A stretch of DNA of 64,000 nt from Camelus dromedarius (Eukaryota), in assembly GCF_036321535.1 (NCBI RefSeq), contig NC_087440.1, positions 32,116,001 through 32,180,000 of the forward strand, written 5' to 3'. A program made the position numbers and the translations under genes. The notes beneath the pieces are model-generated. The model saw only the letters and a list, made by a program, of their open reading frames with translations, was not told the origin of the DNA and made no database searches. The stretch's first letter is position 1, and the number at the start of each line of letters is the position of its first letter. Below, piece by piece: positions 36,124 to 52,372 of this stretch.

Positions 36124-36464
36124 AAACCAAAATCACTGCCTGCCTGAGTCTTTGCTGTCTTCCCTGTTCACTGCTCCCACTCCCCAGCTGCTGCTCCCCT
36201 TCCCTGAAACCCCCACAGTGGGGAAAAGTGGGGAACACCCCCCAGGGATGGGGCTGGGGCTCTGAGGGGAGAAGCAGGAAAAACCAGAGAGCTGCTGGAC
36301 AGGAGGGGTCTGAGAAGAGCCGGGTGGGTGTTGCATGCAGGATGTGAGCTGAGCTCGCTGGAGAAGGGGCCAAAATGGCAGAAACCAACACAAGTGTGTG
36401 TCTGGCTTTAGGGGGTGCTGTGGGATTGGGAAGATCCCAGTATACCAGAAGGAGATTGGGGACT

Positions 36465-36494
36465 ACTGTGTGTGTGTGTGGGTGTGTGTGTGTG
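36465..36494. repeat. (TG)n microsatellite
   Basis: TGTGTGTGTGTGTGGGTGTGTGTGTGT. Confidence 0.85.
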
Positions 36495-36689
36495 TTACGC
36501 ACAGGCAGGCTCACTAATGGTGGAATTAAATGGTGGTGTGTCATCCTGGGGGCACCATCAATAGTCAGAAATCTCAACAGCAGGGTAGCCTGCAGGTGAG
36601 CAGACGTGCCTATGGTGGGAGATCAATGACTCAAATTAATGGTTTCCCATTGATATACTAACAAATCCTAGCTCGGCATTCAGGTCTCC

Positions 36690-36960
36690 GCCCAAGAGCC
36701 TCTTCCTCTGTGAAGCCCTTCCTGATGCTTCCCTAGACTCATCCAAATTGAGTCCTTCCTCTTTGTGGCCCACCAAATCCTGAATAGGTCCATACTTTAC
36801 CACTGTCATACCTCACCTGTGTATTGGCTGATCATCTCTGTGAGGCTTTTGTTCTATATACATGCACCTGCCCCAGGGGCAGGAGCTGTGTCTTAATCAC
36901 CTGTGTAGCCCCAGCCCCTGGCACAGTGCCTGGCACCCAGGAGATGCTCAATAAATGGCT
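36690..36960 (+). mobile_element. L2 3' end
   Basis: GTGAAGCCCTTCCTGA...GGCAGGAGCTGTGTCTTAATCACCTGTGTAGCCCCAGCCCCTGGCACAGTGCCTGGCACCCAGGAGATGCTCAATAAAT. Confidence 0.7.
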
Positions 36961-37899
36961 GCTACCTTAATACACGAGCAGCTTCTGGGATGGAGGGTGA
37001 AGATGTCTTGGTGACCCCCCCCCTTGCGTACTCACCGTGTACCCAAATGCCTTCACATGTGATGTGCAGCTCCCTGGGCAACTTCTTACTTCTCCTAGTC
37101 TCACTAGGGAATGACTAACGTCTTGTTTCCTCCAGATCTGTGTGTGGCACAGTCCCTCCCACAAGGATGTCACCATATGGGTTGAATCTGGGGTGGAGGG
37201 GTCAGTCGTGGGCACCCGGAAGGTACCTCGGAAACCAGTTCTTCAGCACATCTTCGCACTGGGAAGCCCCTGTCTTCAGGATGTGGCACTGTGTGCCGTT
37301 AAGCCATTGTGTCCATTTCCTTGGATCTCTCTGTTAAAAGGTGATTAGGGAACTTTGAAGTCTCAAAGCTATGAGGATCAGTGAGGTACATGATGGTTTT
37401 TAAGGAGCACGTGAAGATCTCCATTCTGTTGTATTCGGGTTGGTTCTAGTGAGTGAGTGAATGTATGTGTGTGTGACAAGTATAGCCCAGTGTTCTTTTA
37501 CACGTGACTGCAACTGTCCTTAACAAATGCGGTATGGAGAGTGTTGTGAGACTGGGTGTGTTTCCCTGTGTGTATCCGTAGGGCTGTAACTGTCATGGTG
37601 TCACAGTGAGTTTATGTGCTGGCACCTGCACGTGTCAAGATATGTGTGAGCCTGTGAGCCGTGGGTGCATGTGTCTCCATCATTTCCCAGCATGAAAGTA
37701 TGTGTGCGCACGCACCACCGCAATGTGTGCATCTCAGTGATGCTGGGTGTGGGTGTGGCATGAAGGGGAAGATGTGTGTCACTGTGTCTGCAGGGGTCCA
37801 GCCTCTGAGCCATCCCTAGCCTGCCCTCCTCCCCCGGCTCTGTGGCTCCCTCCTAAGCAGTGGCCCTGCCCCTCCCCTCTTCTCCCTCCTAACTGGTCT

Positions 37900-38066
37900 A
37901 TGAAGGGGGAGCTGGTGCTGCGGCCCCCCCACCCCTCCCCATCCAGGCCCCATAAATAGCAGCAGAGTCGGAGCCGGAGCCAGAGCCAGCGCCAGCGGCT
38001 GGAGCAGCAAAGGAGTCAGGGCCAGGGGCAGAGAGCCGGAGAGAGGAGCCCCCGACTAGAGCCCAG
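37900..38066 (+). promoter_or_regulatory. CPNE6 promoter and non-coding exon 1
   Basis: TATA-like CATAAATA at 37951-37958, then a GAGCC(A/G) hexamer-rich leader ending at donor CAG|GTGAGC (38066). Confidence 0.65.
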
Positions 38067-39338
38067 GTGAGCACCCCTTCCTCCCTAGCCCAGCCCCAGC
38101 CCAGCCCAGCCTGGCCCAGTCTCCATAACAACATCTCCCCCAGCCTCCAGAGAGGTCACCAGTCCTGCCCGATATCCTCACAATCACATGCCCCTACCCA
38201 GTTCAGGGGACCTGTGAGAGCTGGGAGACTTGTGGTCGGAAGGCAGAATCCCCCCAACCCAGACCCTCCCTCACTCATCCAGAAAGGCACATGATGCGGG
38301 GAGGGGGTACCCAGCCAGGGAAGGGTCCGGGTTCTGAGGGAGGTACGGGAACTGTCATACCCTCCTGGAGACGGACACCCAACTAGGGGACAGACACAGG
38401 AGTGGGGGCATTCAGACACACACACTCCGGGGAAGCACAACACAGGATCAGACAGCCTCACCCTGAGATGTGGGCAGACACAGATAGATGAACGGACCAG
38501 CCATGAGCTTGGGCCAGAGGACCCCTGCCTGCTGCTGCCCGAGGCTTGTTAACCACTGCTTGGGGGAGGGTGGCGTGCGTGCATCCCACGGGCAGCATGG
38601 AGGGGGCTGCAGCTCCCCAAAAATCCTGTCGCTAAGAGACAGTGCCAGTGTTGCCAAGAAGTGTGAGAACAGGGGAGGTGGGGAGGGAAACCAGAGTTGT
38701 CATAGTGGGAGCCACTGCCAGGAACCGGGAACAGATTTCATCAGCGACCAGGCTCTGCTTCTAACTCTGCAAGCCCACCACCTCCCCTTTTCTATCAGCC
38801 AACCAGAAGGTGAGTCAGAGGAGGTAGACGGGGACAGCCCTGCAGGGCACCTTCCCACCTGCCTCCTCTGCCCACCACAGTCTCCATTCCTGACCTCTTC
38901 AGACTTCCAGGGGCCCCTCCACCCCCTTCCCCACCCCCTTGCCCCAGTTCAGCTCCCTTGAGCCAAGGCTGAGTGCAGCGCTGGCTCAAACATCAGCCGG
39001 GAAATAGCAGAAGATGCTGAGATAGCAGAAAATGTGGATCAATCGATGGTCTGGGAGCCAAGGCTGCCAGGAACCCCCCCAGCCGTACAGCCCTCTCCAG
39101 CCCCATCCACACATACTAGGCCAGCAGGGATGACAGGAGCACTGAGCTGTGCAGGAGTGGGAGGCTCATGTCCTCCACTCTCCCTGGCACAGAGCTCCAG
39201 GGTCAGAGCGAAGCCAGTCCACGGGATGCCAGGGCCTCAGGAAGCAGAGCAAGGGCTTGGGGCCCAGAGACAGACCCTCTCTCCTGACAAGTAGTCCCCT
39301 TCCAGTGTCCAGGCCATCTGCTCTGTCCCCACAGTGAC

Positions 39339-44435
<5,097 letters not shown>

Positions 44436-44745
44436 CTGCCACCCACTGGGCCAACACTCCCTCGGCCTCTGGGTGAGTCCTGGGACACTAGGGGATGCAA
44501 GGGGGGACTTGGTAGAGTCCGTCTCGGCTGGATGTAGTGTAGATGAGGGTGCTTACGACTCTCCCGCACTCTCGCAGGTGCCTGCTCTGACCCTTGTGAT
44601 TCAAGTGACCAGTGCCTCTCCCTCTTGGACCAGCTGTGCCCCCTGAGTGAGTGGTGAGCCCTGCCCCATCTCTCCAGGCCCCTCAGCCTCTCGGCCTTGT
44701 CGCCCCTCAGTGACTTTCTTCAGTGATCCTGACTTTCTGACCATT

Positions 44746-44751
44746 AATAAA
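44746..44751 (+). terminator. CPNE6 polyadenylation signal
   Basis: AATAAA in the terminal non-coding exon. Confidence 0.75.
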
Positions 44752-45202
44752 GGGAACCACTCCTAGCACCTCAGCCTCTATCCATCATGCCTCAGATGCC
44801 CACTGGGTGGTCCATAGCACCCCACACACACCATTAAGATATGAGGACCAGCACGTTTCCAATTCTGGGCCAGAGCTCCCCAGGCTGCCTGATGTCTCTG
44901 CAGTTTCACCGCAACCGTGTGCCAATGAGACCTAAGGAGTCCCTACCCTCACCTCCCAACCCCAGGAGGCCCAGGCTCCCTGGGGGTTAATTACCAGAGA
45001 TGGAGGGGTAATAAGTGGCTGTCAAGGGGGCAAGTTGATGCCCTCTTAAGCTGTCTCCAAAGGGGCTGAACTCCAGCCCCCACACAGCTGTGGGGCAGGC
45101 TGAGAAGGGGCGGGGAGGGCGGAACTGAAGGGGGACAACACGTCTGCTAGTGAGTTATGAATACAGAAGGGGTATCTAAGGCCTGTGCAGCCTGGTTTTC
45201 CT

Positions 45203-45258
45203 GGTGTGTATGTGTGTATGCGTGTGTGTGTGTGCACGCGTGCGTGCATGCGTATTCA
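45203..45258. repeat. Alternating purine-pyrimidine tract (TG/CG/CA)
   Basis: GTGTGTATGTGTGTATGCGTGTGTGTGTGTGCACGCGTGCGTGCATGCG between the convergent CPNE6 and NRL 3' ends. Confidence 0.8.
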
Positions 45259-45339
45259 TGCACTACATATCTCTGACTCTCTAGGATTGTGGCCTTAGTG
45301 GTTCAGGAAGACCAGCTGTGTACTCTTAAGAGCATTAAC

Positions 45340-45550
45340 AAGAGCAAATATTACCGTTTAGCATGTGTGAAGCTTTGTGCTTAGTGCTTTAAACATATCC
45401 ACTCTTAGTAGGTAATTACCATTATTTTCCCCATTTTTTTAACAAAGCAAATGAGGCTTCACTGAAGCTCACCCGTGATTAAAGAAGAACTGGTAGCCCT
45501 GGAACTTGAGCCCAGGCCCATCTGACTAAAAGCCCTCTGTCTTAATCATA
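45340..45550 (-). mobile_element. MIR
   Basis: ATTATTTTCCCCATTTT...AAATGAGGCTTCACTG...CTGGAACTTGAGCCCAGGCCCATCTGACT. Confidence 0.6.
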
Positions 45551-46562
45551 AGTGTGCAACTTCTGTTGGAGGTGTATCTATGTGACCCTCATCATGTGAC
45601 CTGAGTGTGTGTAAACATGGCCCAATTGTGGGTATGGGTGTAGGTGCCTGTGGATGGGCGTGTCTCTGCGTGTGTGTGCGGGGCCTCAACCAGTTAAGAA
45701 AGGTGGGTACAGTAGTGGGTCTGGATCACAGCTCCAGAGAGCAGGTGAGGATCGGGGAGCTGTCAGAGAGAGAGAAGAAGAATTGGGCTCCTGGAGGGAC
45801 CTTCCCAGCCCCAGCCTCTCCCTTCAATGATGTGATTCATGTGGAAAGGGTTGGAGGAGAGGCTAAAGGTGCTAGAGAGAGGAGCCAGAGCCAAAGAGGA
45901 TGGCCAGTGGTGGGAAAGGGAGAGGAGAAGAAAAAGAAATCCTGGGGAGATGGAGGAGAGGACTCCCTGAGTGGAGGAGGGACAAGCTTGGCTAGGGGAG
46001 GGGGAGGAGGGAACAAGAACTGGCATGGGAAAAGACAGCTGGGGAGGGGGCGGGTAGAGGGAGTAGAAAGGAAGAGAGACATATGGGAGCCTCTCCCCCC
46101 ACACCCAACTGCTTCTCCTCATTTATTATGTCCCTTAGAGGACCTATGACAGTGGCTGCTGAGGTAACTACTCTCAGCCCAGTGCCTCTGCTCTGCCCAG
46201 AGCCCCTGCCCACTCTCTCCATAGGCTGCTGAACTGGAAGCCTGGGTTCCCATGGCAACTGTGAGCCCTCAAGATAGCCATAAGCAGGCCTGGCCCGGTC
46301 ACTACTGCTCCTGGGCTCCTTTGCAGTGGAGGTGGGAGGAGGAGGCACCATCTGGCCCAGTCCCCGCCCTTCCACCCCATTTTCATTGTGCTTCCAAAAC
46401 TGAGAGGTTCCACTCAGCCTAAGTGGGGGCTATCCAGTCTCTCTCTCTTCTCTCCCCCGCCCCCACAGGCCTGGAATAAGGGTAAAGAATGAACAAGAAT
46501 GAACACTTCTTAAATTGCAAGAACATCTAGCCAGTAGCATAGAGTTCTGCCTGGACTTCAAG

Positions 46563-46568
46563 TTTAAT
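46563..46568 (-). terminator. Candidate NRL polyadenylation signal (ATTAAA)
   Basis: TTTAAT on plus, about 1 kb after the NRL stop; alternative AATAAA (minus) at 46122-46127. Confidence 0.45.
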
Positions 46569-47577
46569 TCACAAAAGCTGCATTCTCTCAGCTCCTTGTC
46601 AGACTAGGGAAAGTCTCACCTCAGCCCGCAGAGAGGCAGGAGGTAGCAGGGGCACCCTATGCAGGTCTGGAGGCCAAGGCAGCATGGAGGGAGCAACAGA
46701 GGACCAGTGCATGGGCTCATCCACCACCTAGGCTGCAGTCAGGAAGCTGGAGTTGGGGGCTTCTCGGGGACACCATTAGGGATCCCACCCTGAGATGCCA
46801 GAACTGAAAAAGTGTCAGAAGTCATCCAATCCAAATGAGGACTAGATGAGGCAATCAAGACCAGGGAGCAAATGGTTTGCTCAAGGTGACAGAGGCATCC
46901 TGTGGCAGAGCTGAGACTAGGGCCGAGGTCTTCAGACTCCTGTTCGGTGTTCTCTCTGAGCCCACACCCACCACAGGTCTTGTTGCATTGGGCCCTGGAG
47001 GCCACTGGGTTGGACAGGAAGAGAGCCTCTTGAATAGAGCTCCTGGTCTGCCTTGATATTGGGAATTGAAATGAAAATGCAGTAGTCCTAAAATGGGGAG
47101 GCTACAAGTCTTGGAATGAAAACACAGCCTCATTGCTAATTACCACCTTAATGCACTACAGGTTGAAAACCTTGAATTAAAATCTAAACTGAGGGAGGAG
47201 CTGCACCACTCCCTCACCTCCCATTCACTGTGTCACCCAGCCATCATCCACGCTCCCTTCCCTCGCCCCCATACGCACAGTGCCTGGCACTGACTCCTGC
47301 GGATTTCAGTGTCCTGGTCATGTAGAATGGGGCAGGAGGTGGAAGGTTTCTGTGCACATCCTGTGTGAGGGGACGGGACCCCTTTCCCAGAAAATGACCA
47401 GCATGTAACCCCGGAGTATGCCTTGAGGGTCCAGGAAATTGGGGGATAGTTGTGTGGTCATTCAAAGGAGTGTCTAGCACCAGAAAGGGCTCAGTAACCA
47501 TCTAGTGAATGGTACAGCCGCCTCCGGGGTGGGGGGCCCCGCCCGCCCACCGACTCCACCACTCCGCGGCCAGCGGC

Positions 47578-49210
47578 TCAGAAGAAGTGGAAATGGCCTC
47601 TGGCTCCGAGCCGCTCGGGGCCAGCCGGTCACAGCGAGCCTTGTAGANNNNNNNNNNNNNNNNNNNNNNNNNNNNNNNNNNNNNNNNNNNNNNNNNNNNN
47701 NNNNNNNNNNNNNNNNNNNNNNNNNNNNNNNNNNNNNNNNNNNNNNNNNNNNNNNNNNNNNNNNNNNNNNNNNNNNNNNNNNNNNNNNNNNNNNNNNNNN
47801 NNNNNNNNNNNNNNNNNNNNNNNNNNNNNNNNNNNNNNNNNNNNNNNNNNNNNNNNNNNNNNNNNNNNNNNNNNNNNNNNNNNGCGTCCGAAAACCGCTC
47901 CGCCAGCTGCAGAGGGAACGGGCAGGGCCCCCGGTCAGCGCCGGCATCTTGGGGACTCCACGCTAGTGTCGCGTTGCCCTCTGGCCCCGCCCTCGGGAAG
48001 GCTCCGCCTCCGGCTGCCACCTTCACCTGAACGCCCGCCTTCCCCTGAATCCAACCCGCGGTCTAGATCCCGCCCCAGGTCCCAACACGCCCTCCCCTGC
48101 CCCACCCCAACCTCCGCCACGGGTCCTTGCCCTGGGACACGTATCCCCGTACCCTCTCCTAACCACCGTCGGTGGAGCCAATCGCGCGCCTGAAACCCGC
48201 GCCGCCCTGCGCGGTCCTCAGCACCCGCTCCAGGCCCACATGCGTCCAGTGGGCCCGGGCCCAACAGACCCTGACCCTCCGACGCACCTCGCTTCTCTGT
48301 CCTAAAGGCCGCAACCCTGTGACCCTCAAAGGATTTAGATTACATCTTAATACCCTCAACACCCCCATCTGTGTCTATAACTAATAGGATGAGTCCCAAT
48401 CCTTTCTGAGAAGGTTGAGGGCTGGGGAAGCACGGAGTCTTGAAAAGTCTAACCTCATCCTGGTTCCCACAGTTTCAGCTTCGCTCCATTCCACGCACAA
48501 CCCTTTCCCCGGTTTCCACAGACAGACTATCTATTTACCACCCGGTAATCAACCGTTCCTGATGCCCTTTAAGTCTCAACTCTCCCCTTTCTAACCTTAT
48601 CTTCTCCCCCTCCCTCCTGGTTCAGCCTACTCATTTCTCTCCATTTGGGGGAAAAAAAGGAGGGGCCAGAACATAGTTTTCTCTATCTGATATTTTTCAA
48701 GGCCCTTCTTCCCTTCCCCTGAACTCTGGCCCTTTCCCAGTCAGAACCCTCTCCAGGGTCTCTCCTTCCTCTCTGGGCTGGCCTCCTCCTTCACCTGCAC
48801 TGCCTCAGATCAGCTCACTGATCACTCACCTGGGCGTGTTGGGCTCCTGTCTCTTCTGGGCTCCCTGGATAGTAGGTGTGGGAGCCCTCAACAGGGACTG
48901 GGCCCTGACCCTGCAGCAGCTCCACGGCCTCCTCAGGACTTAGCCCCAGTGCCTCCCCAGCCCCCAGCTGCTGCTGCAGGGTGGCCAGCCAGTACAGCTC
49001 CTCCAGGCCTGGCCGGCTGCTGTCGGTGGCCCCCGCCATGCCTGGATCACTGAAGGTAGGTGAAGGAGGCACTGAGCTGTAGGGTGTGGAGCCCAGTGAG
49101 GCTGTGGCGGGGCCAGATCGCCCCTCAGAGGGTTCCCTCTTTACCTCAAACTTCATCAGGTCAAAGTCATTGACATACTCCATGGCCAGGGGACTGGGAG
49201 GGAGTGCCAT
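47578..49210 (-). CDS. NRL: Neural retina leucine zipper (large Maf bZIP); basic region and zipper in N gap; C-terminus apparently frameshifted as assembled
   Basis: Coding exon 49210-48830 (381 nt, [26 protein letters not shown]...AQ, donor GTGAGT). Last exon starts at 47906 (LAERFSDA), Ns at 47883-47648, then YKARCDRL. The ortholog-like TGA at 47580-47578 is out of frame; the as-assembled stop is at 47504-47502. Confidence 0.93.
47648..47883. other. Assembly gap (236 N)
   Basis: Run of N inside the GC-rich last NRL exon. Confidence 1.
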
Positions 49211-50857
49211 TCTGGGGCTGGAATGGGAGGGGTGCACCTGTGAAAAAGAGGAGAGAGTTGGAGCACCGGGAGGCTGCCTGCCAGCCTCCTTCACCAATAC
49301 CTGCTTCCCCCAAAGCCCAAGTGCCCTGGAGCCAGAGTTCTGGAAAGCCGGGGTGATGCTGAGGGACAACTTCTCAGATGGCAGGGGCTCCTGACCAGGG
49401 GGCAAGCAGCTTAAAGTTCTGAATGAGGAAGAGGAGAGCACAGCCTCTGGCCCCCTGGTGCCTCTGGGATCTACAAAAAATAAGAAGACTATGGCAGTAC
49501 TTCCAACTCTAGTGCTGGAAACTGCTGAGCGGCTCTATCATCTCAAGAGGCATCATTCCATTTCCAAGCAATTAAAAAACATGGCTTAATTAACTGTGAC
49601 ACAGTATGTGTATATTTCAGGGCAATGGGAAGGCACATATGCTGTGAATTTTAATATACGTAGATAACATACTGTTACACCTCTCTATCTCTCAGAAATA
49701 GATGGAGAGGTATAACATTCTATGCCAATGCCTTGCACAAAGAAGACCCTCAGTGCACATTCATTCTGTGGATTAATCAATCAATGAATCTCTTTTCTAG
49801 GAAAAGAGAAAGGAAAGGAAAAAAGAAAGGTCCCAGAATCAGTTCTAGAAAAATCAGGACTGAGTGGTGACCATCTTCTGCCATTTTCTCCAAAGTCAGC
49901 GTCTCCAAGGGGAACCAACGAAAACTAGTTTTCCTCCTTCTATCCAGGACCTGCCACATTGTGTGAACTTGAGCAGATCACTTTCCCCTTCCTGACCCCA
50001 GTTTCCTCTTCTGTTCAAGGAAGGTAGTTAGACATTAACATATCCCAAAGCGTGTTCTGTGAAACACAAAGTCTGAGAAATATACAAGGAGGGGGTCTGT
50101 GCTCAGATAATTTTGACAAATGCTACCTCCCATCCCCACCTCTTGCAAATTCACAAGGCACGGCAGCATAGTTCTCTGGAGGTCCTTCAGTAAACCACTT
50201 CAGCAGTGTCCCAAACTTATGTCACCCAGGAACTCTCCTCCCTGTTATCAACTGTGGAGCATGTGCCCACTAGAGAAACCTCTGGCTGGGTGACCTTGGG
50301 GATCCTTCCCAGTTTGGGAGTCCCAAGCTGGAACCCAACTCCCAGTTCTAACAGCCCCAGGTGGGGCAAGGCAGGAGGTGCTCATCCCCAGGGCTTAGAG
50401 TTGGCTCCATCTTGATGCCCCAAGACTGGGTAGTCCACTTTCCAACCACATCTCAGGCCCCCAGGTTCTGCCCAGAGAGGCAGGGAGAAGGGCAAGGCCT
50501 CTCTTCCAGTGCCAGTGAAAGGTTATTGACCTATCTATTGTGCCCCTCACTCTTGAGAGGACAGAGGGGATGAGAACAAAAACACAGTTAGAAGGGACTG
50601 ATCTTTGGCAGGGAAGAGATAGTGAGACACAGAGAGAGCTGTCCAGAAAGAATTGGATGAAGAGATAAGTGAGGAGGGCTGTTTATCTTCCTGATGTGAT
50701 AGCAGCGAGGGACAGAAAGCCAGTCAGGGTGGGAGTACAGCAGGAGCAGAAGTGTGAAAATTCCTGAAAACAGATACCAGAAAGCAGACAGCAGGTGTGG
50801 AAGGAAGGAGCTCTAGGTGAGAGGCCCGGCACCCAGATAGGCCTCAGACATACTCAC

Positions 50858-51080
50858 TTTAGGGATAGCAGAGATGATGTGTCCGTGTCAGAGCCAGGCA
50901 GGCACAGCTTCCCCAGAGACTGGAGGCCCCATTGAGCAGGGCCTGGTGCCTCTGTGTTCAGAACAAGGGGCTATGGGCACAGAGCCCATTCCACACTCTT
51001 AAAGGGCCAGCTCTCTGCGGTCATCTGTGGTTCTCAGGCCTCCAGCCAATGAGGTAAAGGGATCATTTGCATATCTCATT
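50858..51080 (-). promoter_or_regulatory. NRL non-coding exon 1 and proximal promoter
   Basis: Minus-strand donor AAA|GTGAGTA at 50858 pairs with the acceptor at 49237. Upstream: TTTAAG at about 51000, CCAAT at 51046, octamer ATTTGCAT at 51065-51072. Confidence 0.7.
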
Positions 51081-51994
51081 GACGGGTTTGAGGGTAGTGA
51101 GAGGAGAGGACAAGTATACGGTTCTCAAGGAAGGGAACAGGGCATCTTCCCCAACAAAGCTCCTCCCTGATTATCTGACTCATTGTGTTCAGTTCCCCAG
51201 TACCGAGAGCTGCATTGGCCCCCACTGTCACCCTCATGTGGACACAACCCTCAGCCACTGGTGACTGAAAGCCTGGGACTGGAAAAGAGGGCCAGACAAG
51301 CTCCCAGAGCCCTTACCCTCCAAGGCTCTGCAGCGCCGTGTCAGTGTTTTGGGGGAGTACAAGTTCTCCCAAGCCCACTTCCACCTGGCCTCTTGGGTCA
51401 GCAAGAATGGGAGAGGCTGAGAACTGGATGGCCCGGCCCCAGGACAGGCAGGCCAGCTCAGGAGCAGAAGGGTGAATGAGGAACCCTTGCTTCCAAGCCA
51501 CCTCGGGACACTGAAATCCAATCACCACCAATCCATCCGAGACACTTTTGTACCTGCCCTCATATGCCCTCTGCTTCCCCTCACCTTTTCCTTGTGTGTG
51601 TCTCTGTCCCTCTCTTTTCCTCTCTCACTCATTCTGGTTCCCAGATGGCTGGGGGATGACCTACATTTTCAGCCTAATCCCCTAACACCTCTTAGAGCTA
51701 TCAGCCCCAAGTAGAAGTTGGAACAGGGATACTAGGAATTAGCCAAGGAGATGTTTAAACCTGTCTGAAGCTGTTTAAATAAGGTCTGTACTAGAATAGA
51801 ACTCCAGGAGTTAAAAGCTATTCCCTTACCTTCTAAGGACATCCAAACACTCCCACGAGGTTAACAGGTCCTCTTTTCCAATTCAGAGAGAGACTTGGAT
51901 GTCCATCAGCCCCAAGGAGCATCAGTTGCAGAAATTAACCTGGTCCTAGCCTTAGGTGTTAGTTGAAGAGTTAGTAGATTCAGATGATCTAAGA

Positions 51995-52178
51995 CAGTGA
52001 CCCTCAAACTGTGGTCCCCAGACCAGCAGCATCACCTGGGGATGTGTTAAAAATGCAAATTCCCCAGCCTTACTTCAGTCCTACTGAATCAGTCACTCTG
52101 GGGGTGGGACCCCCAATATCTGAGTTTTAATAAGCCCTCCAAGCATTTTTGATGAACACTAAAGTTGGAGGACCCCTG
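51995..52178. mobile_element. MER5A-like hAT DNA transposon
   Basis: CAGTGACCCTCAAACTGTGGTCCCCAGACCAGCAGCATCACCTGGG...AAATGCAAATT...CTACTGAATCAG...GTTTTAATAAGCCCTCC. Confidence 0.7.
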
Positions 52179-52283
52179 GTCTACAGAGTGCCTATAGTCA
52201 ACTCAGCTTCCTTTGTCGATGGGTGGGGGGTAGTCCGTGTACTCTCTCCTACCATGCTCTCTTCACACATATAAGGAGATGTG

Positions 52284-52372
52284 GGGGGAGTGGGGTATAG
52301 CTTAATGGTAGGGAGTGTGCTTAGTATGTGTGAGGTTCTGGGTTCAATCCCTAGTACCTCCTTAAAAAAAAA
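52284..52372 (+). mobile_element. tRNA-derived SINE (Vic-1-like), more decayed and shorter
   Basis: GGGGTATAGCTTAATGGTAG...GGTTCAATCCCTAGTACCTCC followed by A9. Confidence 0.8.

Noticed and set aside
35558-36265. 235-aa ORF as a separate gene
   Set aside because: It is exon 39 read through into the intron and 3'UTR, and passes the poly(A) signal.
46486-46507. Short tandem duplications (AAGAATGAAC x2; also near 6054-6097 and 39004-39030)
   Set aside because: Ordinary slippage-size duplications with no further structure.
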